In this document: positions 27,101-36,360 of the stretch, in pieces
Layout: each line of letters begins with the position of its first letter
Numbering within the stretch: position 1 is the first letter of the stretch
IMG/VR virus record: IMGVR_UViG_3300028630_000010
Span: 2,733 to 66,732 of that record
DNA length: 64,000 nt
Source: a virus
Lineage: Duplodnaviria > Caudoviricetes
Reading direction: 5' to 3' (one strand)
Notes under the pieces: model-generated
Database searches by the model: none
Seen by the model: only the letters and a program-made list of their open reading frames with translations
Told to the model about the DNA's origin: nothing
Made by a program: the position numbers and the translations under genes

Positions 27101-30100
27101 CCGGCCCCGATCTGATCGCCCGTGGTGCTGCTGTAGGTGGGGGTCACTTTCACACGGCCGGCATCGATTTCCAGCGCCCCGTCCCGCGCCACGGGGCGGA
27201 TATCCATCACATCCGTCACCTTCTCCAGCCGGGAGGAGACAATCTTCTTGGCGTTCGCAACCGTGACGCCGCGCGGCATCATCAGAACGAAGGAGGAGAA
27301 ATTCCCGTCGGCCGGGAGCGCCCGCACGATTTGAGAGGCGCCACTCGCGCCCGTCGCCACGATGTTGCCGATAAGCGCCTGCGCCACGTCCCCTGCGATG
27401 ATCGTCCGGTCTTCCTTGCGGGTGAGGGTCTCGTTGTAATTGCGCTCCGAACTTTTAGCCGCGTTGGAGAGGATCTTGTCGGCGAAGATCGACAGGGGGA
27501 TCGTGGTCACGCCGCGAATGGTGTTGAACGACACCTTGACGCGCCAGTCCGAAGCCGTCTGCGCCGTGCCGCTCGGGGGAAGGCGCGCCTCTATCGGGAC
27601 GAACCAGCGCCGCCCCCCGCCAACGTCGTCGCGGACATAGTACACCTGCCCGATACTGTCCAGAGCGCGCTCCAGCACCTGCGCCGTGTTGCCGTAAATC
27701 CGTTTCAGCCAGGGGTTGGAGGTGCCCGCAATCGCCTTGTCGATCTTGGCCTTTGCGTCATCCAACATCGTCGGATGCTTCGCCTGCCACGCTTGAGCCG
27801 CCGCTACCGCTTCGGAGGCGGTCAGAATCTTGCCCCGCCCGAGCACCGGCACCTCATAAGCACGCATCGCGGAGTCGGACAGAAGCTGCTCGACCGTCAG
27901 CGGCACGCGCCCGATGTCACCGGCCTCCAGATCGTGCAGCCCCGCCTCGCGGGCGTTATCCTGCAGCGCCGCCACCTTGGCCTGAATCTGACCGATAAAC
28001 TGCTCCTGCTCCCGCACAGGCAGAAACTGACTGATGGAGGTCGCCGCCCGGATCCCCGTCGATGGCCGCAGGGCGTTGATCGCGGCCACGACAGGATTGC
28101 GCTCCGCCGCCAGCTCCGCCAGCGCTTTGTCGCCGAATACGTTCATGAAATCGAGCGCGTCTTCGACCTCTTCGCCATACCCCGCCTTACTCACGCCGGA
28201 GGTGTTGGCAGAGAGGCTGCGTAACTTGCTCATGAGAATGGCCGCGTTGCGCTGCTCACCCGCCGCCGATGTGAAAACGAGATAGTAGATCGGCTTTGAG
28301 AGCTGGTTCTTGCGGTTCACACGGCCGAACATCTGCATCATCTCGTTGATGTCCCACGCGGGCTGCAGAACGAACAAGACGCGCTGCGCCTGATTGCGAA
28401 AATCACTACTGGCATGGGCGGAGAGCCCCGTAGACCCGGAGCTGCTCAAAACTAGCACCATGTTCGGGCTGCCGTCCGGCGCCCCCTGATTGAATTGGCG
28501 GATAACGGTGTCTGGGTTGGGCTTGATTCTGCGTACGACAACGCCGTTCTGAACCATGAGGGTGCGACCCGTCACCTCACCGAACTGGTACCCGGCGTTC
28601 TCCACGATCTCCCGCACCCGGTCAATGGGCGAGGCGGGGAGATTCTGCTCCCGAAGATAGTCGGCCGCGGACCGGGCCTCCCGCACAAGGGCGTCGGCCG
28701 CATCGCGCAGCATGGTGGCCTCCTGTGTCTTGACAAGCCGCACCAGCTCACCGAAGCCGGCGGGGGTCAGAATGGAGGCGCTGGAGCCGTCGGGCATCTG
28801 GATCGATACCGCCCGTTCGGAAATGCGCGTGAGATAGCGCCCCACGTCGGCCTTTTGCCCTAGACCGATCTCTGTCAAAAGCGCCTGATTGGTGTTGTAG
28901 AGCGTCACCACAGGGGCACGGCCCGCGCGAAGCTCCGCCACGGCCGCGTTTGCCACGGTCTCGGCCTTGAGCGCCGTGTAGATGAAGGATGCCGTATTGT
29001 GGAGGCTTGACATAAATGCCGCGCCGTCCATGTTCACGACGGGCGCTCCCTTCTGCAAGCGGGAGTTTACCGTCTTCACCATTCCGCCAAACCGTATGAC
29101 CGACCGCACCGCCTGGTTGAACACGTCCGCGATCTGCTCTTCACGTTGGGATAACGCCGTCCGCTCTTGCGGGGAGCCGAGGGTGTCAATGGTCGTCAGC
29201 TTCTCAAATATCACATTCTCGTAATCCAGCTCGTGCCGGACATAGAAACCCCGCTCAGTCAGCCGTGCTGCCAGATACTGCTGGAAGGGCACGCCGCCCA
29301 CCATCAGAGCCTTCTCCATGTCTTCGTCGTTCTTGAAGAATTGGGAGTAGCCCGCCCGTTTGTAGAGAGTCATGTTCTCGCCGCGCTTGGCGAAGGTGGC
29401 CGAAGAGAAGACCACGCCGGGCTTGGCCAGATCGGCGAACTCGCGCAGTACCGCGCCGCGGTTGGAATCCGCCCCCGCCGCAAGATGTGCCTCATCCATC
29501 ACCAGTGCCCCCTTGCCGGAAACAAGAAGTTTCTTGATGAGGTCGATTTTAAGCCGGGTGTTGGCGGTCGGGTTCTGCACCTGCGAGTAGGTCAAGAAAA
29601 TGGCGTTTGCCCCTTGCGGCAACTTGCCTTCCGACAGCGCCGAGTTCCGCCGAACGGGGGTGAAAAACACGGGCATGGAGAAGGCGTCTGCGTCTTCCGA
29701 ATCCGGGTCTTCGTTCTTTGGCGCCTTGTAATCGTTCATCACAAGGGGCTTGAAACGATCCTGTGCGCCGATGGCTGTGATATCGCGCCAGATGTCCGTA
29801 AACAGCTTGGCCTGCGCCGTGAGGAAGATCGGCACGCGCCCGTTCAGGATATGGTAATCCATGACTGATGCCATGACTCTTCCCTTGCCGGCACCTGTCT
29901 GGCTTCCAACGATAAAGCCCGTGCCCTCGTCGATCTTCTCCAGGGCGAGACCAAGGGTGTCGATCTGCGAGCCGTCCAGCTCCTTCTCGGTCATCGGGCG
30001 GCGCATTTTTTCGGCGACAAAGGTATCGATCCCCTCCGGATGGCGTTCATCGAATGAGATAAGGGCTGCAGCCATGCCGCCCGCCAGCTCGCGGGGCACC

Positions 30101-33100
30101 TTCATGGGGCTTGCGACCTTCACGGCGGAGAGGGGATCGTAATCGAGCTGCGCCTTGTCCTCCTCGGCGTCCATGTCAGTGGTACGGGCAGCGTTCCAAC
30201 GCGCCTCGAACGCCTCACGCAATGCCGGCCCCATAGAGTTGAAGCCGGTTCCCGTAACAAACCCGTTGGCCGGATTGGCGGCAAGGTGCTTGGCGATGGC
30301 GTCCGCCACCTTTATTCGGGCCTCGGCAATCTCCGCCGGCAGAGAAAGAATGTGGCGGGCGAGCTGATCGGGATTGTGTACCTTCCCGGCAAATTCCTTA
30401 TCCCAAATTTTCCCGTTGATCTTCATCATGAAGGGGTTAAGGGTGAGACCCGTTTCGGGTGTGACAAGCCCGAGCTCGATGTCTTGAGAGAGACGATAGC
30501 GGAGGGTCCCTGCGGCGCCCTCCTTCACGCGGGCAGCATTCACCTCGGCGCTCGACGCCTCGGCATTACCCTGTGCCTCTGCACGCGCCTGTTCCGCCTT
30601 GCCGGACAGGTCAAGGTTGTTCGCCACACGTTCGCCTAAAGTCTCCGCCCCCGGATCGTACATCTCCGCCACGGCGGCGCGGATATGCTCCCAGGTCGAA
30701 TAGCGGGCGGGAAGGTCGCGCATCGGCATGTGGGGGTTCATCTCGCTGCCGTCGGTCTTCTCCATGAGCAGGACTTCGACAGGGAAAGACGCCCCCATCT
30801 TGCGGTACAGTGCCCCGTCCGCGATGAAATGCAGCGTGGCCTTCCAGCCCCGCCGGTTCAGCTCCTGATGAAACTTGGCGAACGCCCCGGCGGTGTAGAC
30901 CCCCGCCAGCGCCCCGGTCGGCATTTTCATGGCGTTGCGCCCCGGAGCCGCCCCGATGAAGAACAGGGTGTCGCCCGGCACGGCGGATTCGATAGTCTTC
31001 AGCGCGATCTTGTGCTCCAGCTTGTAGCCGGACTCGTCCGCGGGGCCGAATGGGGGATTCATCAGGAAGGCGCGTTTGCCCTTGCTGGCCGCGTCTCTGA
31101 TCGCATTCTGGAACTCTTCGGCCCCATAGTCCCCTGTAAAAATATGCGCCGCCGTCCTCATCTCCTTTGTAAGGAAATCGGTCAGCCGTGAGGAGCGCCC
31201 CGCATCAAGTTCGTTCGCAAGGATCATGTCAGGGCTGCGCACAGTTGCAAGTAACCCCCCGTTGCCCGCCGTGGGTTCGACAATCGTCGCCCATTTTCCA
31301 TCTCGCGCGGTGCCCATCGCCGCCTCCGCTCCGATGGCGGCAAGCGGGGGCGGAGTGCTGTACGCCTGCCGCTCCTTTGAGTCGGCGGTGCGAGTAGCCG
31401 CTGCCTTGCGCGCCTCATAGGCGGGCAGCTCGACATCCATCACGGCCAGCGCCGGGGCGGCGGCATACTCGGCATCGGGGATCGCCCGAACCCGCGCCTG
31501 CGTCTCCGCATTGGCCTGCAACTCGGCGATCTCCTCGGCGTCCTTGGCGTCGGTGGGGTTGGCGCGTTTCTGATCTTCGGCGGATAGATTGGCAACAGGA
31601 GATTTGACCTCGACTTTCGGCTTTTGTCGTGATTTGTCCCGCTCTTGCCGTAATTTGTCCAACCTTGAAAGCTCTTCTTCACTCCACGCATCAACCTCAT
31701 ACCCGGCTGGTGTGGGAGGTTGCGGGGCCTCCTCGCGGCCTGCGGCACGCCGCAACACATCAACCTCGGCAAATCCGCCGTTTGTGAACGTAAAAGACCC
31801 GCCAACGGGGTCAATCTTGATCGCCTTGTTTTTCCGGTATGACGCCAGCGCGGTTTCGGCTTCCGGCTTGGTCAGCCCTGCGGTACGCATGGCGAAGTCG
31901 ATGAAGGCGTTTTCGGCGTTAACGATGCGCTGCGCGACGGCGCGCATTCCGGGGATAGTTTCTTGCGAAGCGGCGGGTGCCTTCGCCGCCTGCTCCTTGT
32001 CCCACTCCGCCTTTGCCGCGGCAACGCGCCTGCGGTAGGCGCCGGTGTTCTCGCCGTACTTGATCTTCGGGGGCTCGAATTGCGCCACGGCGGGGGCTGC
32101 TTCCTGCTCGGCCTGGGGGGCTGCCGGAGCGGCCTCGCCCTTCTCATCCGGCACGATCTCAAACTCCTCGCCCGTCCAGTTCGCGGTCTCGTCGGGGTGG
32201 GCTGCGACATAGCGCATCATCTCCTCTTCGGAGGCGAACTTCATCTTGGGGGCGGGGGCGGGCGGCTCGGCTTTGGGGGCCTCGGTTTTCGGAGCCTCAA
32301 CGGGCTTCGCTTCGGCTGTCGGAGCACTGTCGGATGCTGTCGGAACGGCCGGTTTCGCCCCCTCCTTGTGCCGGTTGGAGAGCTTCTGGTTGTGGGTCGC
32401 CCACTCCGTGACACCCCACTTCTCGCTGCCTTCGGGGGCCTTCCCGCCGCCGATGATCCGCACGGCGCTGACGGTCTCGGACGCGCCCTTGACGCGCATG
32501 AGCGCCGCCATCCCGTTCAGCACCTTCCCGTGATGGTCGCTGGACACGTAGAACACCTTGGCGTTCCCGCGCTTGCTCTGACGCAGATACGTGCGCTTCC
32601 CGCCGACCGAGACGCCGGGGATCTCTACGTACTCGCCACCCCGCTTGAAGCGGCCCGAACCTTGCCTCGGTACACGGTGAAACTCCACCTCGGCATTCTT
32701 CTCGGCTATCTCCACAGCACGCTTTTGAAGTCCTTCGCCTTCGGGCTTCCCACCCGTTCCGGCAGCTTCTGATCCTTGGGCGTCTCCGCCTCCATCTTTT
32801 TCAGCACCTCCGGCTTGTTCTCCGCCAGCCACTTTCTCTGCGCCTCGCTCTTGATCGGCATTCTGTACCTCCTTGGGTTTCTGATTCAGCAGCTCCAGAT
32901 CATCCGGAGCCACGCCCTCCATGCCCGGCAAGGGCGGGGTGCTGTCGCCCAGATCGCCCTTCAGCGGCGCGGCGGCCTTCTTAGCGATCTCGTCCCGCTC
33001 CTCCTGCTTCTTGCGCTGCGCCTCGACCTTCGCCTTCTCCGCCTCGATCTCGGCGGGGGTGCCGCCTTCGAGGACGAGGGGCACGGCAGGGGCCTCCCCC

Positions 33101-36100
33101 TGCCCCGCTTCAGAGGTGGGCACAATCGGAGCCCCGTCGCTCTTTGCGGGTGCAGGGGGAGGCACGATCTCGAAATTCTCTTCGGTCCAGTTAGCCGTCT
33201 CCTCCGGATGCGCCTCCACATACTCCAGCATCGCCTCTTCACTGGGGAAGGTCATCTTCGCCGCGGGGGTTGCCGGGGCGGGGGGCTCGGATTTGGGAGC
33301 TTCGGCTTTGGGCGCTTCAGGGGGTGTCTCGACCGGCGCCGCCTCCTCCACGGGAGCTTTGGCCTTTTGCTTCGCTTCAAAGGCCGCTTTGATGTCCTTT
33401 GCCGCCGCTACCGCCTCGGGAGACGGAGCTGCGGGGGGTTTCGCTTCGGAAGCCGCGACTGGTGGCACCGTCTCTGCGCCGGGGGCTTCCTCCCCTTGTG
33501 CGGGCATAGCTTCGGGCGCGGCCTCTCCTGCGGGCTCTACGGCCTCTTTCTCGCCGGTCTCGGTCCCGGCTGCCGCAATCGGGTCTCCGGTAAATGCCGG
33601 GGCGGGCACTTTCCACGCATCCGGCCCGCCGTACAGATCGACTTTTGCCTCACGCCCGCTGTACATGATCAAAGCCACCGCCCGGCGCACATCCCGCATG
33701 TTCTTGGCGCTCTTGTCCTTGCCGCGCAGCAATGTGACCAAGCCGTCGCCAAACCGCTTGCGGAACAGGGGTGTCATCCTCTCCTGCTGCATCGACAGGA
33801 CTTCCCCCACGGCACCGGCATCCGTCAGCTTGACACCCCGAGCGGCATAGTCCGCCCTCACCGATTCCACCGCCTTGACAAACTTCTCCAGCCCGCCCGC
33901 GCCGGGGGCGATGATCTTCGCCTTCTGGAACTCCGCCGCGATCCAGTTGACCGTCTTTCCGGCCATGAGCTTCGTCAGGCCCGCCTCATCCGCCACGCTA
34001 TGCCCGGTCTCATGCTTCACATTGTACACCAGATCGTCGAAGGAGGTGATCGCCGCGACGTTCAGGACAATCGTGCCGTTGGGGGCGGTCAGGGCGGGAT
34101 TGCCGGATTTGTACTCTGCCTCGTCCGCGCCTTCTGCCACCGCCGCCGCCTTCATGTCCTTGTCGCTCTGCACCAGCACCACGTTGCGGCCGGGGGCGAA
34201 CACCTGGGCGACCCGCGTGGCGATCTCGGCCCGCTTCTCCATGTGAAGCTGCCGCCCCTGCTTCGTCTGGCTCATCTTCTCCGCGCCCTTTTGAGCCTCC
34301 TCCGCCGTGTTGAACGTCATGGGGGAGAGCACGCCGTCCCGATCGCGCACAGTGATCGCCGTACCTTCCAGCGTGGAGGTATAGTCCACCGAGAAACCAG
34401 ACTTTTCATCATCGACCGTAGCCGCGCCGTTCGCCGCCTCTTTCGCCACATCGACAGAGAAGTTGGGCTTGATCCCCTCGCCCGTGCGCATGAACAACTC
34501 AGAATCAATCGCCCGCTGCGCGGATAGGGAGAGCCACTCGCCTGCGTCTTTGAACACCTCGGCGTACTTGTCCCGGTTGGCCTCCGCCTCATAGAAGGCG
34601 ACGAACGCCTTGTATTTCCGCTCGTCCGACATATAGGCGAGCTCGGCGTTGGTGTGGCCCGCCGCCATCAAGTACGTGTCGATAATGTGGCGCCCCCTTT
34701 TTGTCTGCACCGCGTGCATCGCACCGCCGCCCAAGGTGAGGAGATACTGAAGGGCGAACCCCTCGGCAAGCGCCGTCAGGTTCTCCCACGATACGAACCC
34801 CTTATTGACGCCATCACCCCATGCAAACTCCCTGGTCTTCTCCCCGATCGTCATCTGCCGGGTGCCGGCCACGGCGTAGCCGCTCTTCTCCCCGTAGCGG
34901 GCGAGCATGCGCTTGGCCGTCCGCTCTTCATCCGAGCCGGGCTCCACCCGCATCTGCTCTATCTCGCCCGTCGCCTCGTTAAACACGTTCTTGACGTAGA
35001 CAGGCACCTCGGTGTCGGAAGGGCGCTGCGCGAACACGGCATCCCCCCACTGCTGAATGCCCTCCTCCCCCAAGAGTTCGGTAAAGGGATTATTCGTTGC
35101 CGACAGCCCGGCTATCCGCAGAACCCCTTTTGCGAACTCGGCGATACCCCTCCCGATGCGGGTCTTTAACACCTGTCTGGCCAGGGCATCGTACCCCTTA
35201 GAGGCCCCTTTGCTAATACGCCCGCCAGTCAGTAGCTTATCGGCTCCTTTGAAGACCGCTCCGAGAATCTTATCCAGCAGAACCTCCGTCGCCGCTTCAA
35301 ACGCCCCATAAGCGTAGCCGCGCAGCCGGGCGTCGTCGTAGTCCGTGCCCGCCTTCTCCACTTTGCCCGTGTCCGGGTTGATGTCGGCCGACAGAAGCTT
35401 GGTGGTCTTGTCCACACCGGACACAGCCCCCCCAAGCACCCCCGAACCTATCATCGCGGCGGTCTTAACCCCCGCCGCCGTCAGTCCTGCCGCTCCCGCA
35501 ATGCCGCCGGTCAAAGCGCTACCGACCAAGAACGTGTTGCCGGAGCCCACCGCGGGCATGCCCTTAGCCACCAGCACCCCCGCCTTCTCAAGAAACCCAA
35601 GAAACCCGCCGGTGTTCCCCGCCAGCTCCTCGCGCAAGGCAAGCTCCTCCTTCGCCATTTCCATGATCTGCGCCCTCGCCATGGCGCTCGACTTCGCCGC
35701 CGCGTAGATCGCCTCTGCGCGGGTGCGGGCGTCCAGCGGGGCCTCGGGGGTGTCGTACTGGTTCACCAGATCGATAATCTCCTTGGGAACGGAGGCGTCC
35801 TGCTCCGCGCGGGTCATGTCCTCGATCTTTTTGAAGGTGCGCAAGTTGGGGCGGGGCACGCCCGCCATACCTGTAGCGATCTGCGCTCCGATATCTCTCG
35901 TGTCCCCGACCTCCAGCTCCTGTCTGGCCGCAATGCGGCTGACAAGGGCGTCATTGCGTCTGCGAATCGCCCCACCCGCATGGGCGTATTGATAAAACGC
36001 CGCTTTCAGCCCGAACCCCTCCACATTGCCTTCCGGCGTCATGCGGTTGGCTTCTTCGGGGTCGCCGCTTTCCGCCAACTTCATCAGCGTGGAGTAGCTG

Positions 36101-36351
36101 GGGAAGTTCAGGGGGTTGGTCAGGCGCCGCGCCACGATGGGGTCTTCGGGGGTCATGCCGTGATAGGCCGCCCATTTCTTGATGCGCTCGTACTCCTTCG
36201 GGTCGGCCAGCTTCGCCCGAAAGGCGGAGAGGGGACCTCCGGCAGCCGGCGCGGCTTGATCAACAAGTGTCACCCCCTCAAAGTCGGCAAATGGATCGCT
36301 CGCGGCTTCGACCAGTTTCACGCCCTCGAACCCCTCGAAAAGATCGTTCAT
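21157..36351 (-). CDS. 5064-aa polyvalent virion/ejection protein (HExxH motif, N6-adenine MTase, Strawberry-notch helicase, LPD-like and ART-like domains)
   Basis: HETGH (34000-34014); EPTAGNG and NPPF; GSQTGAGKGR, DEAH and QMFGRVNR; LFLEEVQSD domain; WHGT...FFS...VFKPSQIKS. Confidence 0.9.
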   Translation of the reverse strand: MNDLFEGFEGVKLVEAASDPFADFEGVTLVDQAAPAAGGPLSAFRAKLADPKEYERIKKWAAYHGMTPEDPIVARRLTNPLNFPSYSTLMKLAESGDPEEANRMTPEGNVEGFGLKAAFYQYAHAGGAIRRRNDALVSRIAARQELEVGDTRDIGAQIATGMAGVPRPNLRTFKKIEDMTRAEQDASVPKEIIDLVNQYDTPEAPLDARTRAEAIYAAAKSSAMARAQIMEMAKEELALREELAGNTGGFLGFLEKAGVLVAKGMPAVGSGNTFLVGSALTGGIAGAAGLTAAGVKTAAMIGSGVLGGAVSGVDKTTKLLSADINPDTGKVEKAGTDYDDARLRGYAYGAFEAATEVLLDKILGAVFKGADKLLTGGRISKGASKGYDALARQVLKTRIGRGIAEFAKGVLRIAGLSATNNPFTELLGEEGIQQWGDAVFAQRPSDTEVPVYVKNVFNEATGEIEQMRVEPGSDEERTAKRMLARYGEKSGYAVAGTRQMTIGEKTREFAWGDGVNKGFVSWENLTALAEGFALQYLLTLGGGAMHAVQTKRGRHIIDTYLMAAGHTNAELAYMSDERKYKAFVAFYEAEANRDKYAEVFKDAGEWLSLSAQRAIDSELFMRTGEGIKPNFSVDVAKEAANGAATVDDEKSGFSVDYTSTLEGTAITVRDRDGVLSPMTFNTAEEAQKGAEKMSQTKQGRQLHMEKRAEIATRVAQVFAPGRNVVLVQSDKDMKAAAVAEGADEAEYKSGNPALTAPNGTIVLNVAAITSFDDLVYNVKHETGHSVADEAGLTKLMAGKTVNWIAAEFQKAKIIAPGAGGLEKFVKAVESVRADYAARGVKLTDAGAVGEVLSMQQERMTPLFRKRFGDGLVTLLRGKDKSAKNMRDVRRAVALIMYSGREAKVDLYGGPDAWKVPAPAFTGDPIAAAGTETGEKEAVEPAGEAAPEAMPAQGEEAPGAETVPPVAASEAKPPAAPSPEAVAAAKDIKAAFEAKQKAKAPVEEAAPVETPPEAPKAEAPKSEPPAPATPAAKMTFPSEEAMLEYVEAHPEETANWTEENFEIVPPPAPAKSDGAPIVPTSEAGQGEAPAVPLVLEGGTPAEIEAEKAKVEAQRKKQEERDEIAKKAAAPLKGDLGDSTPPLPGMEGVAPDDLELLNQKPKEVQNADQERGAEKVAGGEQAGGAEKDGGGDAQGSEAAGTGGKPEGEGLQKRAVEIAEKNAEVEFHRVPRQGSGRFKRGGEYVEIPGVSVGGKRTYLRQSKRGNAKVFYVSSDHHGKVLNGMAALMRVKGASETVSAVRIIGGGKAPEGSEKWGVTEWATHNQKLSNRHKEGAKPAVPTASDSAPTAEAKPVEAPKTEAPKAEPPAPAPKMKFASEEEMMRYVAAHPDETANWTGEEFEIVPDEKGEAAPAAPQAEQEAAPAVAQFEPPKIKYGENTGAYRRRVAAAKAEWDKEQAAKAPAASQETIPGMRAVAQRIVNAENAFIDFAMRTAGLTKPEAETALASYRKNKAIKIDPVGGSFTFTNGGFAEVDVLRRAAGREEAPQPPTPAGYEVDAWSEEELSRLDKLRQERDKSRQKPKVEVKSPVANLSAEDQKRANPTDAKDAEEIAELQANAETQARVRAIPDAEYAAAPALAVMDVELPAYEARKAAATRTADSKERQAYSTPPPLAAIGAEAAMGTARDGKWATIVEPTAGNGGLLATVRSPDMILANELDAGRSSRLTDFLTKEMRTAAHIFTGDYGAEEFQNAIRDAASKGKRAFLMNPPFGPADESGYKLEHKIALKTIESAVPGDTLFFIGAAPGRNAMKMPTGALAGVYTAGAFAKFHQELNRRGWKATLHFIADGALYRKMGASFPVEVLLMEKTDGSEMNPHMPMRDLPARYSTWEHIRAAVAEMYDPGAETLGERVANNLDLSGKAEQARAEAQGNAEASSAEVNAARVKEGAAGTLRYRLSQDIELGLVTPETGLTLNPFMMKINGKIWDKEFAGKVHNPDQLARHILSLPAEIAEARIKVADAIAKHLAANPANGFVTGTGFNSMGPALREAFEARWNAARTTDMDAEEDKAQLDYDPLSAVKVASPMKVPRELAGGMAAALISFDERHPEGIDTFVAEKMRRPMTEKELDGSQIDTLGLALEKIDEGTGFIVGSQTGAGKGRVMASVMDYHILNGRVPIFLTAQAKLFTDIWRDITAIGAQDRFKPLVMNDYKAPKNEDPDSEDADAFSMPVFFTPVRRNSALSEGKLPQGANAIFLTYSQVQNPTANTRLKIDLIKKLLVSGKGALVMDEAHLAAGADSNRGAVLREFADLAKPGVVFSSATFAKRGENMTLYKRAGYSQFFKNDEDMEKALMVGGVPFQQYLAARLTERGFYVRHELDYENVIFEKLTTIDTLGSPQERTALSQREEQIADVFNQAVRSVIRFGGMVKTVNSRLQKGAPVVNMDGAAFMSSLHNTASFIYTALKAETVANAAVAELRAGRAPVVTLYNTNQALLTEIGLGQKADVGRYLTRISERAVSIQMPDGSSASILTPAGFGELVRLVKTQEATMLRDAADALVREARSAADYLREQNLPASPIDRVREIVENAGYQFGEVTGRTLMVQNGVVVRRIKPNPDTVIRQFNQGAPDGSPNMVLVLSSSGSTGLSAHASSDFRNQAQRVLFVLQPAWDINEMMQMFGRVNRKNQLSKPIYYLVFTSAAGEQRNAAILMSKLRSLSANTSGVSKAGYGEEVEDALDFMNVFGDKALAELAAERNPVVAAINALRPSTGIRAATSISQFLPVREQEQFIGQIQAKVAALQDNAREAGLHDLEAGDIGRVPLTVEQLLSDSAMRAYEVPVLGRGKILTASEAVAAAQAWQAKHPTMLDDAKAKIDKAIAGTSNPWLKRIYGNTAQVLERALDSIGQVYYVRDDVGGGRRWFVPIEARLPPSGTAQTASDWRVKVSFNTIRGVTTIPLSIFADKILSNAAKSSERNYNETLTRKEDRTIIAGDVAQALIGNIVATGASGASQIVRALPADGNFSSFVLMMPRGVTVANAKKIVSSRLEKVTDVMDIRPVARDGALEIDAGRVKVTPTYSSTTGDQIGAGAVFAFRIATPAKSKSKKITVAEIMRAAGAESRLRDTPDSRGYVTGPYLGVDEANTALKNLAALHPALQATQIVSDEAKVGGQDAVARNAPRFKLAGVKLDAAAEPVFFSQLRRTLEAKMPNRMTVMALRGMIDPSRSGVKADEIEWTGLKDFLDGKNPGDYVTKAEVLEATKDVEIREVVKGQTQAELDMQEELTPLARLGRDRTPEQDARYEQLARRLRIGKDLDNATKFEQYQLPGGENYRELLLTLPNRERYYLVEENGYWWVFDNNKGRTVGKGYDYESEAKQHLAEYYQDVPVGEQYRSSHWEEPNVLAHIRFNERQAANGDKTLFLEEVQSDRHQEGKKKGYAKDTTGWTARLLSAPDAGFNHWQINDAKGNEVTKIVGGTKEAAISKAAEGVPDAPFKDTSKGWARLAFKRMLRWAAENNFDRIAWTTGEQQAERYDLSKHISMASAISNGDGTYNLIIEDMRGDEIAPYSRSGKKLTPAEMEDTIGKDLAAKLIEGADRNKGKPWPKSAPSNPAFFTLRGLDLKVGGEGMRTFYDQILPSIANDIGKKFGARVEDVKMGAEVDGWAILRDGVPVNQDRYATAEQAHTVMRQRGLMGEGYATSYHDKNVVVAHSLPITPAMRDSVMQGQPRFKLPGVKLDAEHADAVSRGDMDTAQRMVDEAAKAAGYDVEGWHGTRSISPITEFRTSREGKEEAIFFSDSKDEAVQFPYPRGSTSSVRAWLKGNFAEVDAHGELYEPDVMERWIRDAREAGKDGVHVRNIQNFENGARSDTYAVFKPSQIKSADAATYDDNGDLIPLSRRFDDARADIRFKLPGVTLDDDISAPVRVGELRTQAQLENDDPVGFPILDHIRGGSPIIIPRGAIGRKGEYDWFTEAGGLKAFNLAERKAFFRYPKAALGEKKSRGNIDQLAKELNFDDVETFANAFMAEVERSRALYREQKERQAVRRNALETFSESPHLAGMKNIEENLGKAVGFVFDSLQGEEKATLEMIGEREGTDAVRDYILRQHIDLVALDMIERHAFQMEVESGARDEAPPIIQDRGTLAIDTPVNEKGDTRPVFDQTKESLDVKRARLYAQALQGVPTITDEAAAAHVREALDVGGKLFLRDIAQKLTAERLTGATTRPLDKLQTAIMLWYQTDLDERAKDSDRQAQAAVEAHDLNNLNAVDMMRDSLNRETIDYLNAARQYGSLAGQALQALKLRVDHAFDIVKIYRQAREDIGRELTRAEFEKLKARIDILEKKWNDYVDAATLPDGEGELDTRVVELEKKLADVTAARAAVKTEVDRLEAKKAALEAEYAKQSREATAFSEKKAQLEAQIAGIENEIALREALNQQVEELQGKVDALQAKLDALDAEYAGASPELLASLEKQLADLTKLHAEKLAAYQKTDEELKTANERLKRVRKLIEKLGKGTKAKIARRRAVIENAANLYKEFKAEMERAQVERLKARWRSAPLPKKALMAFEGVENIIQGLQSMVDESVAGRQLIKIGRAHPIMWARAFAQSQHIVFHRSGMTDDTGRTLTWQERSDRYYYELDQAQREDPLFDILVRKGGLDWMDITADPTSFDEQQIPVGPLLNNMLPSKATRFVTSVLGVSNNHYAGMSNLLRFTVAKQLYNQMSVAKGETPNEDDIYAIVSTVDIFGGRGDMSTQTARAVIDFGRHLLYSPRLALANAQYYRRMFGMLANPRYSRQARKMILMEYVRSGIGYATLSFIARVLSWLLYDDKDQQRFQFRSGHPAYTQLMFGQQRVDITGGQATWDRAAMNFLGGGLIDLLPEWARDVISVIDNGDKLATETGLVITEQYKREKGDYAALGRFARSKLKPLTGMFIDLARGKNYEGQAAGPRAQPHQPGYDRRYLNLLRSIAPVPLSLQTAGELYMGDPDQGIEPVRNPFLFVNWMSMELLGMLARSLPINAELAQQVAEGYTKNAEELESLKRKQRDIMNDRKMSPEMKELEAGRIQDKLDRLRGM
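24630..24652. repeat. 23-bp direct repeat flanking the ART-like domain, copy A
   Basis: TGACGCCGGGAAGTTTGAAGCGG, identical at 25167-25189. Confidence 0.9.
25167..25189. repeat. 23-bp direct repeat flanking the ART-like domain, copy B
   Basis: Identical to 24630-24652; offset 537 bp (179 codons). Confidence 0.9.
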
Positions 36352-36360
36352 GTGACTCTC

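Noticed and set aside
25756-28224. 822-aa + strand ORF, plus other long antisense ORFs (13166-14734, 32776-34527, 35980-37650, 52021-53586)
   Set aside because: They fully overlap motif-bearing genes on the opposite strand and have no recognisable motifs; these are shadow ORFs typical of high-GC DNA.
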